In this document: positions 29,630-39,880 of the stretch, piece by piece
Position numbering within the stretch: the first letter of the stretch is position 1
Layout of the letters: every line of letters begins with the position of its first letter
Virus record (IMG/VR): IMGVR_UViG_3300025137_000017
Span: 1 to 64,000 of that record
DNA length: 64,000 nucleotides
DNA from: a virus
Reading direction: 5' to 3' (one strand)
Program-made: the position numbers and the translations under genes
Notes under the pieces: model-generated
The model's input: only the letters and a program-made list of their open reading frames with translations
Databases searched by the model: none
What the model was told of the DNA's origin: nothing

Positions 29630-29637
29630 TATTTATG
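29630..29637 (-). promoter_or_regulatory. late promoter (CATAAATA), 5 nt before the HNH ATG
   Basis: TAAATA-TTGAC-ATG with no SD sequence; overlaps the upstream stop codon. Confidence 0.55.
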
Positions 29638-30364
29638 TAGACAGATTTGATAGGTTGACAATTTGTCTTTTTCTAGACTGTGTCATTTTAGGTAGGAATC
29701 TTTTTGTTTCTTTATAGTATACATACTCTGCTTGGTTTAGAGATTTGGTTGTTTCAAATCCATTAGGGTATAGTGTTCTAATGTTTTGTAGTCCTTGTGC
29801 TTTGAGCAATGCTCTTGATTTAATACTACCATAGTCAGCTAACATCATAATCTTTGCTTCACCTTGTCGTACTGTTCTTTGGTTACCACTTAATACTAGA
29901 GCTGTTGCAACCCATTGCCATTCTTCATTAACAATATAACTGCTTATTTTAAACTGTCTATCCGGTGTTCCTGTTTTTGATATATCACCAGTAAAATAGA
30001 ATAAACTAAACAGAGCATCATAGTTTGTTTGACTTATAAGTGGTGATGGTAGGATCTTTTTAAATGCTCTCTCTTTGTTTTTTAAGTCTTCAATAAAATA
30101 ACTGTAGGCTTCTGATTCTGTTAGTCCATTACCATCATTACCAGTTCCAAATCCATAACCAATAACTGGTATTTTATTCACTGTATATGTAAAGGGTGAC
30201 CATGATTTTTGTTTAATTATAAAACTTATAATACTACTACTTGCTTCCAGATCTGTCAAAGGTATTTTTGTATCTGTCATTGTGGAATTTAAGTTTGTAA
30301 ACAAGTCAAACTCTATTAGATCGTTTTCTGATAGAGTGTTTGATAATGTATAGGTCCTTGGCAT
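29633..30364 (-). CDS. GH24 lysozyme-like baseplate protein, catalytic residues apparently degenerate
   Basis: VIGYG, SQTNYDALFSL and RQGEA echo the GH24 TIGYG / QxQFDAL / RRxxE motifs; adjacent to the gp5-like gene. Confidence 0.55.
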   Translation of the reverse strand: MPRTYTLSNTLSENDLIEFDLFTNLNSTMTDTKIPLTDLEASSSIISFIIKQKSWSPFTYTVNKIPVIGYGFGTGNDGNGLTESEAYSYFIEDLKNKERAFKKILPSPLISQTNYDALFSLFYFTGDISKTGTPDRQFKISSYIVNEEWQWVATALVLSGNQRTVRQGEAKIMMLADYGSIKSRALLKAQGLQNIRTLYPNGFETTKSLNQAEYVYYKETKRFLPKMTQSRKRQIVNLSNLST

Positions 30365-30365
30365 T

Positions 30366-31577
30366 TTAAGTATTACCCTCTGAATTTCTAAACTTTTCTT
30401 CTTGTTTGTTCACACCCTTCCAAGGATGATGTTCTGGAACCCTACTTGCCGCACTTGCTAGTACGTTCTTGTTCTCAACTAACTGGTTAGTAATAATTCT
30501 ACTAGGTAGATCAGGAGTAGGTCCGTTCATATCAATCCTAGCCGCTTGTTCCATATAGTTACCTGCAATAGTTACATTGCCATTAAGTGCCGCCTGCACA
30601 TTCATATTGGCCGCTGTGTATAAATTATAATCTCCGGTAGTTGCTTCAAGGTTAACGCCTTCAGTGCCTGTTGATCTAATGTTTACACCCATATCACTTT
30701 CAATATTAACATTGCCTTTTGCATGTATATTAAAATCTTCTTCACTATGAATACTAACACTTGTTTCACTATACACATCAATTCTACCTTCAGCATCCAT
30801 TTCAACCCAGGCATTGCCTTTATGGTTAGTTATAAACATAAATTCGTTTGTGTCGTCTACTAATATTTGAGCACCGCCTCTAGTTCTGAAACGCATGTTT
30901 TTACTTTTGCCTTCAATATCACCATCATCCATTGATATAACATGTCCACCACGTGTCGTAATACCGAATACTCTACTAGGTGATTCTCTTCTAGCACTAC
31001 TGTTTGAATGCCCTCTACTAAAATCTTCAGTTAATCCTTGTGTGGTTAGTGTTTCCAAAAACTTAGCATCAACTGGTTTTTTATCTGGATCTGTTTTGTC
31101 GTATGGATTCTTTTCGCCTACTGGTGCTAGTTTTCCATCTGGCTGGCCTTCTGCACTTGCTCTACCACCTAGCATATGATTTCTATCTTTTGAAATAAAA
31201 CTTCCCATTAGAAAGCCTTCTTCTCTACTAGTTGTAAATGCAATTAATACCTCTGTGCCAACAGCAGGAGGTTGTGGCCACATGCCATAACTTTTTGGAG
31301 TACCGTTTGTTCCGCCTTCTTCATCACCATATTTTGTAGGATCAAAACTTCCTTCTAATGCTTCTGTTGTTCCACCAAATGGAGATACCAACAGTACGAT
31401 TCTAGGAGCACTTGTACTTCCAAACTCTGGAATCTGTACTTCAATTCTACCTGAGTATAAGCTGTCTTTATTTTTAACTACATTACCAACGTATAAACCA
31501 TTAATATTATTGATGCCACTGCCACCACCTTGCTTAACTCTGTCAGGTACTTTTGTGCCATCAGTTCTAACTAACAT
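30366..31577 (-). CDS. baseplate hub/spike protein (gp5/VgrG-like)
   Basis: OB-fold GRIEVQIP..PPAVGTEVLIAF, TRGGH..MDD, and beta-helix repeats in the C-terminal half. Confidence 0.85.
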   Translation of the reverse strand: MLVRTDGTKVPDRVKQGGGSGINNINGLYVGNVVKNKDSLYSGRIEVQIPEFGSTSAPRIVLLVSPFGGTTEALEGSFDPTKYGDEEGGTNGTPKSYGMWPQPPAVGTEVLIAFTTSREEGFLMGSFISKDRNHMLGGRASAEGQPDGKLAPVGEKNPYDKTDPDKKPVDAKFLETLTTQGLTEDFSRGHSNSSARRESPSRVFGITTRGGHVISMDDGDIEGKSKNMRFRTRGGAQILVDDTNEFMFITNHKGNAWVEMDAEGRIDVYSETSVSIHSEEDFNIHAKGNVNIESDMGVNIRSTGTEGVNLEATTGDYNLYTAANMNVQAALNGNVTIAGNYMEQAARIDMNGPTPDLPSRIITNQLVENKNVLASAASRVPEHHPWKGVNKQEEKFRNSEGNT

Positions 31578-33451
31578 TATCTAACCTCCATCTCGTTCAC
31601 TAGTAATACTGTACTTACATTTCTATTTCTATATGCTACTAGTTGCATATCAAATTTTCCCATAGTCATTGATGTTTCAATCTTTCTAACTTCATATACA
31701 CCACTGGCCGCTACATCTATTTCTCCACCTACACTTGCATCTGGTTCAGTCATAGCTTCGTCTGGTAAATGGTTTAGGAACAATACAATACTATCTGTAT
31801 TTAAATAGTTAGCAGACGTTACAACAGCATCATTTGTATATACTCCAGGTGTACCCATCCAAAATGGATCGCCCTTAATTTTAAACTTAACTTGAATGTA
31901 GTCTGTATTTCTACTTCTAAATTCTAAATCAGCCAATGCGTCTATTGTATCAATAGCACCAGGGCCCTTTGATTCGTTTACTTGTTGACTATCAGGACTT
32001 GCAATAGCATAAGCATATGCAACACGTTCCATAAATCCCTGATGTGAGCCGTCTACCTCGCTTAATGAAGTGGCATATGCACCGCCGGCGGCCTTGGGGA
32101 CTGTAATTGGTGTTGGGTTAGTGGGTACATGTGATTGTTTAATTTCTGGATACGCTGCCCCGTTGGCAGGATCTTTCGCCATAAAAAATGCATTATCAAT
32201 CATCAAGTCAAAACTCATTATCTCTGTATTACTTCCGTTATACAAATAGTTATATTTTTTTGTAATAGGTAAACTTTCAAATAGGGTACGTTGAAATCCT
32301 CTATCATTCTGTTTTTCTTTTTGTTTCTTAGGATCGTTTTGTGGTATACTATAAGTTATATCTAGATCAACTACTAATTCAATTTCCATTTCACTTGTGT
32401 CAGTAAAATCATCTGTACCATCACCAAACGTAATGTTAGGAGTTACACTGATTACTGTTCTCTTAACACCATCTGTTCTTTCCAATGCATTTAGTTCTCC
32501 TAGTGCAGGAACGTTTGAGGTTAAAAACTTTCTAAGATAACTTATTAAGTTTGTTTCACTATTAATATTTGCATTGATTGTATCTTTATCATCTGTATTC
32601 CTATTCTGTCCACCAGCCGTTTCGGCATTACTTGTACCAGCAATAGGTTTTGAACCTAGATCGAAACTTTCTGTTACACTTGCTTTACCATATGAATTAG
32701 GTCCTGGGCCATTACTTGGTACTGCTTTACCAACTGATGTTGTAGCATTGGGTCCTAGTGTTATCTTCCAGGTATGCTTACTAACAGGATCTTTATTTTC
32801 CGGTGACTTTCTGTATTCTATTTCTGATTCATTTAATTTTGCTTCTAAAAGTTTTAGGTATTGTTTTACTGTACTTGCACCTTCCACAACAATATCTGTT
32901 TTTACTTTGGATAAAGCAATTGCTGTCTTTGGAGAGTTATGTGCAATAATATTATGTTGTGTTCCACTCTCATTAATTGAACTTTGAATCTGCTTAAAAA
33001 TTAGACTGTAAAAGAATTGTCCACCATATTTTATATTCTCTTTTGTTTCTGTATCTACTCCTTGAAATTCTACTTTTAAAACATACTTGGCACTCTGAAG
33101 TGTTATAAAGTTAAAGGGTCTACTATATTGTAATACTCTGTTTAAAAGTTTAAATCCTAATATCTCATACAAGTTAAATTGAAATACACCACTGGTAGTG
33201 TTACCACTTGAATTACCAGGAGTAACATAACTTATAATACTTAGGTTGTCAATAGCATATGTAGATGTTCCTCCACTTTCTGCAATTACGACTGCAAGTG
33301 GTTGTCCTGTACCATCTCTAGGAACCTCAAGGCTTGCTAAGGTATTTGGATTATTCCAGACACTAGGATGTACCAAGTATAATGTTAACTTGTATGTTGG
33401 ACTGTCAACTGATGACATCCAATTGGGTGTGATTTTTACTTGTGTTGCCAT
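31577..33451 (-). CDS. baseplate hub / tail protein (gp27-like)
   Basis: C-terminal KIKGDPFW and SGVYEVRKIET...GKFDMQL; lies between the gp53-like and gp5-like genes. Confidence 0.6.
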   Translation of the reverse strand: MATQVKITPNWMSSVDSPTYKLTLYLVHPSVWNNPNTLASLEVPRDGTGQPLAVVIAESGGTSTYAIDNLSIISYVTPGNSSGNTTSGVFQFNLYEILGFKLLNRVLQYSRPFNFITLQSAKYVLKVEFQGVDTETKENIKYGGQFFYSLIFKQIQSSINESGTQHNIIAHNSPKTAIALSKVKTDIVVEGASTVKQYLKLLEAKLNESEIEYRKSPENKDPVSKHTWKITLGPNATTSVGKAVPSNGPGPNSYGKASVTESFDLGSKPIAGTSNAETAGGQNRNTDDKDTINANINSETNLISYLRKFLTSNVPALGELNALERTDGVKRTVISVTPNITFGDGTDDFTDTSEMEIELVVDLDITYSIPQNDPKKQKEKQNDRGFQRTLFESLPITKKYNYLYNGSNTEIMSFDLMIDNAFFMAKDPANGAAYPEIKQSHVPTNPTPITVPKAAGGAYATSLSEVDGSHQGFMERVAYAYAIASPDSQQVNESKGPGAIDTIDALADLEFRSRNTDYIQVKFKIKGDPFWMGTPGVYTNDAVVTSANYLNTDSIVLFLNHLPDEAMTEPDASVGGEIDVAASGVYEVRKIETSMTMGKFDMQLVAYRNRNVSTVLLVNEMEVR

Positions 33452-33452
33452 A

Positions 33453-33740
33453 TTATGTAAAGTTCGTAGGTATTTGGATCTCTAAACCCGAAACAAAATC
33501 CACTATTGGATCTTTTAGTGTGTCAGGATTAAACTCTGCGAATACCCACCATAGCCTTGCGTTTCCATAAAGTTCATGAGCAAGTTTATCAGGTTTGTTC
33601 TCATATGCAGATGTAATAGTAAATGGCTCCAATAACATTTCAGTTTTATTTCCTATACTACTTTCCATAATATCTAAGTAGCCACCATTTACAAATTTTG
33701 TAGTTCTATACATACTGTCTGTTCTATATTTTGTAGACAT
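33453..33740 (-). CDS. baseplate wedge protein (gp53/LysM-like)
   Basis: KPDKLAHELYGNARLWWVFAEFN...IQIP. Confidence 0.85.
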   Translation of the reverse strand: MSTKYRTDSMYRTTKFVNGGYLDIMESSIGNKTEMLLEPFTITSAYENKPDKLAHELYGNARLWWVFAEFNPDTLKDPIVDFVSGLEIQIPTNFT

Positions 33741-34849
33741 TAGTTAAATCCTTTTGTCAATGCTTTGCCTGTTGCGTATTCTCTAACATTAAATGTGTTC
33801 TGTACTTTTGTAGGAGTCTGTTGTATTGCTAAATCAATTGACATCACAAACTGTACAGGAATACTTGTTGAGTAATCAACTTTCCATTTCTCACTTCTTG
33901 ATTCATTACTTGGGTCTTTCTTAGAAGGATCAACTGTTACAAAGTCAACGTCTTCTGCATAGGTATAGTTCACACTTCTAACCACTACAGGAATTTTCTC
34001 TGCGTTGCCTGATCCATACGCACTAAACAAGAGTACTGGAGGTGGGCTACCTGCAGTAGCATTTCTAGTCTTTGCATCACTTAGGAAAGCACCAAAGTCT
34101 CCTTTAGTTGCCCATCTTAAAAAGTGTAGGCTTGCTAGTGAATATTCTGACTCAGCAATCGTTGTCGCTGTGAATGTTGCTGTTATCTGGATAGTTGGAT
34201 TAGGAGTATTTTGCCAATACTGTTGTTGGTAAACACTATGCGTTGTATCATAAGTTCCATAGCTGGCACTATAATTCCACATGATAGTGGGCGTATATGG
34301 AAACTGTATTCCAAATCCTGTTTTAAGAAGTGGATCCATCAATCCACCACTCATTAATTCATTGTTCTTTGCGTTTGTTGAGAATAATCTTACTCTGTTT
34401 TCACTAGGTATACCGGCTACAATTTGTGGCTTTACAGGATCAACTGGTGCTGTGTATTCCTCAAAACTATCCGGTTCCACAAAGGCTGGTCCGGATGCAT
34501 CTTGTTTCTTTTCAACTACTGGTGTCACCTCGTCTGATTCAACTTCGCCCGTTGCTACTCCGCTCCAGTCTTGGCCTAATCCATCTAATCTTTTTTGTTC
34601 AGCAATGTTTGCCTTTAGTGCCTGAGCCTCTGATGGTTTAAGTCTTCCCTGATCAACTAAAAAATCTGCTTCTTTTTCACTAACAAGGGCATAACCCCCA
34701 CTGTCTGGATTCTCGCTACCATCTTCATTAACAAACGGTTTAATTTTTACTGGAGCCCTACTTGGATCTTTGTTATCACCAGCTTTTGTGTAACTGGTGT
34801 CTTCATTTAATAACAGTTGGTTTGGGCTTATTTTTTCTAGTTTTGCCAT
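33740..34849 (-). CDS. tail-tube initiator / baseplate protein (gp48/gp54-like)
   Basis: FPYTPTI, HFLR..TKG, GSPPPVLLFSAYG and PVVVRSVNY. Confidence 0.65.
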   Translation of the reverse strand: MAKLEKISPNQLLLNEDTSYTKAGDNKDPSRAPVKIKPFVNEDGSENPDSGGYALVSEKEADFLVDQGRLKPSEAQALKANIAEQKRLDGLGQDWSGVATGEVESDEVTPVVEKKQDASGPAFVEPDSFEEYTAPVDPVKPQIVAGIPSENRVRLFSTNAKNNELMSGGLMDPLLKTGFGIQFPYTPTIMWNYSASYGTYDTTHSVYQQQYWQNTPNPTIQITATFTATTIAESEYSLASLHFLRWATKGDFGAFLSDAKTRNATAGSPPPVLLFSAYGSGNAEKIPVVVRSVNYTYAEDVDFVTVDPSKKDPSNESRSEKWKVDYSTSIPVQFVMSIDLAIQQTPTKVQNTFNVREYATGKALTKGFN

Positions 34850-35460
34850 TAGCCTTTTACACGCTCCTCAATAAAATTAAAGATATCAGTATCGAACTTA
34901 CCAAAGAACTGTGTAAATAATTTTTGCTTTTCTTCTACAGGCTGCTCGCTTGCCATTACTTGTCTAAAATCTGTTGCACTCATACCACCTTCGTTAACTG
35001 GCATTGTTACAAAATAAACACGATTTTCATCTTCGGTTTGTAAGTTTGCTCTGTCATCTGGTAACTCTTGCAGTACTCCACCACTGTTTAATCTACCTGC
35101 ATCTTTCTCACTAAACGCAAGAACTGTAGCAGTATTTGACTTAGTTCTACCAACAAGTGTAACATCTGGCCTGTATGGCTGTGTGTTTACAAACCTGTCT
35201 GTAGGTATATTAAACATTTGACTGGCTATTTTTGCCTTTTCTTCAAATGTAAATGGATCTGTGCTAAAGTCACCCTTGGAATGCATTGCTTGTTGTTTTG
35301 CTCCAAAAGTAGTAGCGATAAATACATTAGAAGCACCAAATTGTGATCCTAGTTGCTTATATAAAGCATAGTGTCCTTTATGCATAGGCTGAAAACGCCC
35401 TCCATAGAACACAGTTACCTGATCTGTTGTGGCTTCATTTAATAAATCTGTATAACGCAT
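34849..35460 (-). CDS. cytidyltransferase-like (HxGH) nucleotidyltransferase
   Basis: YGGRFQPMHKGH, DPFTFEEK and MSATDFR; start set to ATG 35460 (RBS AGGAGA). Confidence 0.85.
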   Translation of the reverse strand: MRYTDLLNEATTDQVTVFYGGRFQPMHKGHYALYKQLGSQFGASNVFIATTFGAKQQAMHSKGDFSTDPFTFEEKAKIASQMFNIPTDRFVNTQPYRPDVTLVGRTKSNTATVLAFSEKDAGRLNSGGVLQELPDDRANLQTEDENRVYFVTMPVNEGGMSATDFRQVMASEQPVEEKQKLFTQFFGKFDTDIFNFIEERVKG

Positions 35461-35477
35461 TATAAATCTCCTACTGG

Positions 35478-35485
35478 TATTTAGC
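35478..35485 (-). promoter_or_regulatory. late promoter (GCTAAATA) for the baseplate operon
   Basis: TAAATA core upstream of the RBS, divergent from the sigma70 promoter. Confidence 0.6.
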
Positions 35486-35499
35486 ATGGAAAAAACAGG

Positions 35500-35528
35500 T
35501 TGACATGATACCTAATAGGTGTTAGTAT
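35500..35528 (+). promoter_or_regulatory. sigma70 promoter with extended -10
   Basis: TTGACA (35500-35505), 17 nt, TAGTAT (35523-35528), preceded by TGn. Confidence 0.8.
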
Positions 35529-35550
35529 TAGTAATAACAAAGGAATAATT

Positions 35551-36420
35551 ATGGCTAGAAACCACTATCTATCAAACAAAGAATTACTAAAAGAGATACA
35601 TCGTTCAAAACTATCCTATAGTTGGGTAAGTGATGAGAAATATGAATGGAACGATCTAATTATTAATAGTCTGGATGAGATTAATCCAGAAACAATTGCT
35701 GAAGCAAAGCAGACAAGAGCTGCTAGGATGCAAAAAGAGGCACACGAGGCACAAGTAAAATTGTGGGAAAAAGGATTATTGGAAAGAAAAACAAAGCCCA
35801 GAGCTATTGACTTTGCAGTTGATCCTGATACTATTCCAGAAACAGATATTGTATTTCGTGTTATGACATTTGAGCATGTTCCAGAAGAGCCTGGAAGAAA
35901 GAGCAATCCTAAACAAGAAGCAGATTACCACACACGTTGTAACTTCCCTCCCTTTAAACATTTTGCACTAAAAGGTAAAAAATGGAGTGAGGTAGCTAGA
36001 AGTCACTGGGAGGGTGGTAAGGATAATGGACACTTTAGTATTACAAGTGGTAATACTACTGAAAGACTTGCTAAGATGTATATCATGCTATGTCATAGAT
36101 ATAGTATGCGAGGTAACTGGCGTGGATATACATATGTAGATGAAATGCGAGGACAAGCCTTGTTACAGTTAGCACAGATAGGTCTACAGTTTAATGAAGC
36201 AAAGAGCCAAAATCCATTTGCATATTATACTGCCGCCATTAATAATAGTTTCACAAGAGTATTGAACCTAGAAAAACGTAGTCAGAATATTAGAGATGAT
36301 ATTCTTGAGGAAGAGGGATTGAATCCAAGTTTTACTAGAACATTCAATGCAGAATGGGAACAGAAGATGGCCAATATTGCAGAAGCCAATCCACAAATAG
36401 AAGAAGAGACAAAGGAATAA
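35551..36420 (+). CDS. late-transcription sigma factor (T4 gp55-like)
   Basis: HYLSNKELL, NWRGYTYVDEM and FNEAKSQNPFAYYT...NSFTR match gp55; upstream of gp47/gp46 as in T4. Confidence 0.88.
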   Translation: MARNHYLSNKELLKEIHRSKLSYSWVSDEKYEWNDLIINSLDEINPETIAEAKQTRAARMQKEAHEAQVKLWEKGLLERKTKPRAIDFAVDPDTIPETDIVFRVMTFEHVPEEPGRKSNPKQEADYHTRCNFPPFKHFALKGKKWSEVARSHWEGGKDNGHFSITSGNTTERLAKMYIMLCHRYSMRGNWRGYTYVDEMRGQALLQLAQIGLQFNEAKSQNPFAYYTAAINNSFTRVLNLEKRSQNIRDDILEEEGLNPSFTRTFNAEWEQKMANIAEANPQIEEETKE

Positions 36421-36423
36421 ATT

Positions 36424-37452
36424 TTGTTATTTGATGAAGTAGTAGTCTTTACCGATATCCATTTCGGTATGAAGAATAATAGTCGCCACCATAACCAAGA
36501 TTGTGAAGACTTTATTATATGGATGATTGATCAAGCAAAGGCTCGTGGTATTACAAAATGTATTTTTATGGGAGACTGGCACCATCAACGTGCAAGTATT
36601 AACGTAAGTACACTCAACTATACTATTAGTAATTTAAGAAGAATCAATGATGCATTTGAAGAAGTGTATATGATTATGGGAAATCACGATCTCTATTATA
36701 GAGAAAAACGTGAGATCAATAGTATACCAATGGCAGAAGAATATACTAATATTACTGTTGTTAATGAACTATTAGTTAAGGATGATATTGCTATTGTTCC
36801 CTGGCTAGTTGATGATGAGCATAAAGCTCTTAGAGATCTAAATGTAAAGTATATGTTTGGACACTTTGAGTTACCTAGTTTCTATATGAATGCAATGGTA
36901 CAAATGCCTGATCATGGACATGGAGTTAAAGCTGAAGATTTAACAAAACCTGAGCTTGTGTTTAGTGGACACTTCCACAAACGCCAAAGAGTAGGCAATA
37001 TTATATATACAGGCAATGCTTTTCCACATAATTACTCAGATGCATGGGACGATGACAGAGGACTTATGTTCTTAAAATGGGGAGGACAGCCAGAGTATGT
37101 TGTTTGGCCTGATGCTCCTAAATATAGAACAATATCTTTAAGTAAACTTATTGACAAACCCGAAGAAGTGTTGTCTAATAAAGTACATTGTCGTATTGCA
37201 CTAGATGTTCCTATTACATATGAAGAAGCAAACTTTATTAAAGAAACATTTGCCGCCCAATACAATCTCCGTGAGATTGCTCTTATGCCTAGCAAGAAAG
37301 AGGAACACACAAATGATTGGAATACTGGGATAGATATCGAAGTTGAGAATGTGGATCAGATAGTCCTAAGTCAGCTGGAAACAATACAAAGTGATACTAT
37401 AAAAAACGAACTACTAATCAACATATATAACGGTTTATCAATAAATGCTTAG
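36424..37452 (+). CDS. recombination endonuclease subunit (gp47/Mre11/SbcD-like)
   Basis: metallophosphoesterase motifs DIHFG, GDWHH, GNHD, GHFE and SGHFH; TTG start. Confidence 0.93.
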   Translation: MLFDEVVVFTDIHFGMKNNSRHHNQDCEDFIIWMIDQAKARGITKCIFMGDWHHQRASINVSTLNYTISNLRRINDAFEEVYMIMGNHDLYYREKREINSIPMAEEYTNITVVNELLVKDDIAIVPWLVDDEHKALRDLNVKYMFGHFELPSFYMNAMVQMPDHGHGVKAEDLTKPELVFSGHFHKRQRVGNIIYTGNAFPHNYSDAWDDDRGLMFLKWGGQPEYVVWPDAPKYRTISLSKLIDKPEEVLSNKVHCRIALDVPITYEEANFIKETFAAQYNLREIALMPSKKEEHTNDWNTGIDIEVENVDQIVLSQLETIQSDTIKNELLINIYNGLSINA

Positions 37453-39214
37453 AATCAAGAATATTACAGTAAAAAACTTCATGAGTGTGGGTAATGTCAC
37501 CCAAGCGATACAATTTGATGATCAAGGACTAACACTAGTCCTAGGTAATAACGTAGACTTAGGTGGAGACGGTTCTCGTAACGGAACAGGCAAAACTACA
37601 ATAGTTAATGCCTTAAGTTATGCACTATATGGAAATGCTCTGTATAATATTAAGAAGGATAATCTAGTTAACAAGACCAATAACAAACAAATGTTAGTAA
37701 CTGTTGACTTTGAAATGAATGGACAGAGTTATCGTATTGAACGAGGTAGAAAACCAAACTTATTCAAGTATATAGTCAATGATGTGGACAATGCATCAAC
37801 AGATGAGATGCAGGGAGAAGGTCGTGAGAGTCAAGCAGTAATTGAACGTACATTAGGTATGAGTCATACAATGTTTAAACATGTTGTGGCACTTAATACA
37901 TATACAGAACCTTTCTTAAGTATGAGAGCTAATGATCAACGTGAACTTATTGAACAATTACTTGGTATTACTAAACTTAGTGAGAAAGCTGACTTACTAA
38001 AAGATCTTGTGAAGCAGAACAAAGATAGTATTCAAGAAGAAACATATAAAATTAGAGGTACTGAAGAAGCTAATGAACGTATTGGTAGCAGTATTAAAGA
38101 TCTAGAACGCAGGCAGTCAATATGGTTTACTAGACGAGATAAAGATGTTACAGATCTCCAACAGGAACTATCAGATCTTGAGAAAGTTAATATTGATGCT
38201 GAATTACAGGCACATATTAACTTTACAGAGTTTAATACTCGTAGAACACAGATAGATACAGTAAATGGCGAGATTGCACGTTTACAAACTACTATTGAAC
38301 GTGAGCAGAAGCGTATGGATAAGGCACAAAAGGACCTGGATCATACTCTAGATCATAAATGTTATGCATGTGGTCAGGATCTACATGATGAAGCACATGA
38401 AAAGATTGTAGCAACTAAGACAGAAGCGGTTGCAGATTCAGTAAGACACATTACTTCTGACAGCGAAAAGATAAATGATTATAAGAGTGCCTTAACGGAT
38501 ATTGGTGAACTAGGCAAAGCACCTGTACTGCATTATAACACAGTACAAGAAGCATATGAACACCAAAACAAGATGAGTGCCGCAGGTACAGAGATTAAAC
38601 GTAAGCAAGAAGAACTAGATCCATATGAGGAGCAAATTGATACACTTCGCAATACTGGTTTACAAGAAATAGACTGGAGCGAAGTCAATAGACTCACAGA
38701 GCTTAAAGATCACCAGGACTTCCTATTAAAGTTGCTTACAAACAAAGACAGTTTTATCCGTAAAAGGATTATTGAACAAAACCTACAGTTTATGAATAGT
38801 AGGTTAGAGTATTATATTACTCGTTTGGGATTACCACATGAAGTGCAGTTCCAATCGGATCTAACAGTTAGTATTATACAACTAGGACAGGATTTAGACT
38901 TTGACAATCTATCTCGTGGTGAACGTAACAGACTTATATTAGGTTTAAGTTGGGCGTTCAGAGATGTGTTTGAGAGTATGAATCATCCTATTAACCTAAT
39001 ATGTATTGATGAACTTGTTGATAGTGGTATGGATACTATTGGTGTTGAGAGTGCTCTAGGAGTACTTAAAAAGATGGAGCGTGAACGTAATAAAAATATT
39101 TTGCTTATTTCTCATAGGGACGAACTTGTTGGCCGTGTTAGTAGTGTACTACAAGTCACAAAGGAAAATGGATTTACAACGTTCAGTACAGAAGTGGAAA
39201 TAGTTGACGCATAA
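37445..39214 (+). CDS. recombination ATPase subunit (gp46/Rad50/SbcC-like)
   Basis: Walker A NGTGKTT, CYACGQ zinc hook, LSRGE signature, Walker B ICIDE, ISH. Confidence 0.95.
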   Translation: MLRIKNITVKNFMSVGNVTQAIQFDDQGLTLVLGNNVDLGGDGSRNGTGKTTIVNALSYALYGNALYNIKKDNLVNKTNNKQMLVTVDFEMNGQSYRIERGRKPNLFKYIVNDVDNASTDEMQGEGRESQAVIERTLGMSHTMFKHVVALNTYTEPFLSMRANDQRELIEQLLGITKLSEKADLLKDLVKQNKDSIQEETYKIRGTEEANERIGSSIKDLERRQSIWFTRRDKDVTDLQQELSDLEKVNIDAELQAHINFTEFNTRRTQIDTVNGEIARLQTTIEREQKRMDKAQKDLDHTLDHKCYACGQDLHDEAHEKIVATKTEAVADSVRHITSDSEKINDYKSALTDIGELGKAPVLHYNTVQEAYEHQNKMSAAGTEIKRKQEELDPYEEQIDTLRNTGLQEIDWSEVNRLTELKDHQDFLLKLLTNKDSFIRKRIIEQNLQFMNSRLEYYITRLGLPHEVQFQSDLTVSIIQLGQDLDFDNLSRGERNRLILGLSWAFRDVFESMNHPINLICIDELVDSGMDTIGVESALGVLKKMERERNKNILLISHRDELVGRVSSVLQVTKENGFTTFSTEVEIVDA

Positions 39215-39393
39215 TGATTGATGATGATGACGATGCTGAAGGTTTCATTAGTTTGGATGACTTCAGCAACAAAGGATACAAGCAAGACGAAGAAGTTTTC
39301 ACCACAACACCTGATTATGGAATACTAGAAGTTAAGAAAGAACTAGGTGTGGATATCATACAAGAGATAAAGAAGACGTTTGAAGATGAATGA
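39214..39393 (+). CDS. small acidic hypothetical protein (59 aa; not in the ORF track)
   Basis: TAATG coupling to gp46; reads MIDDDDDAEGF...FEDE*; overlaps the next start. Confidence 0.65.
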   Translation: MIDDDDDAEGFISLDDFSNKGYKQDEEVFTTTPDYGILEVKKELGVDIIQEIKKTFEDE

Positions 39394-39880
39394 ATATGTT
39401 ATTCCTTTAACTGATTTCTTGTGGAATAGACAGGACGTATTTGATATACAGGATAACCATCCTGACTATAAAGCTAATCCTCTCTGGACTAAACTAGGAA
39501 TTGATACACCAACAGATGCATTGATGTGGGATCTAATGATATATCATTCGGACTTACGAAAATTAGAAGCACGGTTTAACTGTGTAACTGATAGTAAGTT
39601 CACTAAAATACTAGCTGGTGGACACATGCCAGCACATATTGATCCACGTAGGACTGCGGTAGTTATGTTTCCATTAACAGAATATCCTAGTCCTATAACA
39701 TATTATGAAAATGAGAAAGAAATCTTTACACATCAATATGAATGTGTTACTGTTATAAATGCAAAGATACAACATGCTGTACCAAACAACCACAGGGACA
39801 GAATTTTCTTCCAAGTTAAATTAGATTTGCCTTGGGAAGATGTTGTATCGATGCATAGTGAAGGAACATTATATGACTAA
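39386..39880 (+). CDS. 2OG-Fe(II) oxygenase-like protein
   Basis: MPAHID, IQHAV and DRIFFQ; same layout as 19..525. Confidence 0.7.
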   Translation: MNEYVIPLTDFLWNRQDVFDIQDNHPDYKANPLWTKLGIDTPTDALMWDLMIYHSDLRKLEARFNCVTDSKFTKILAGGHMPAHIDPRRTAVVMFPLTEYPSPITYYENEKEIFTHQYECVTVINAKIQHAVPNNHRDRIFFQVKLDLPWEDVVSMHSEGTLYD

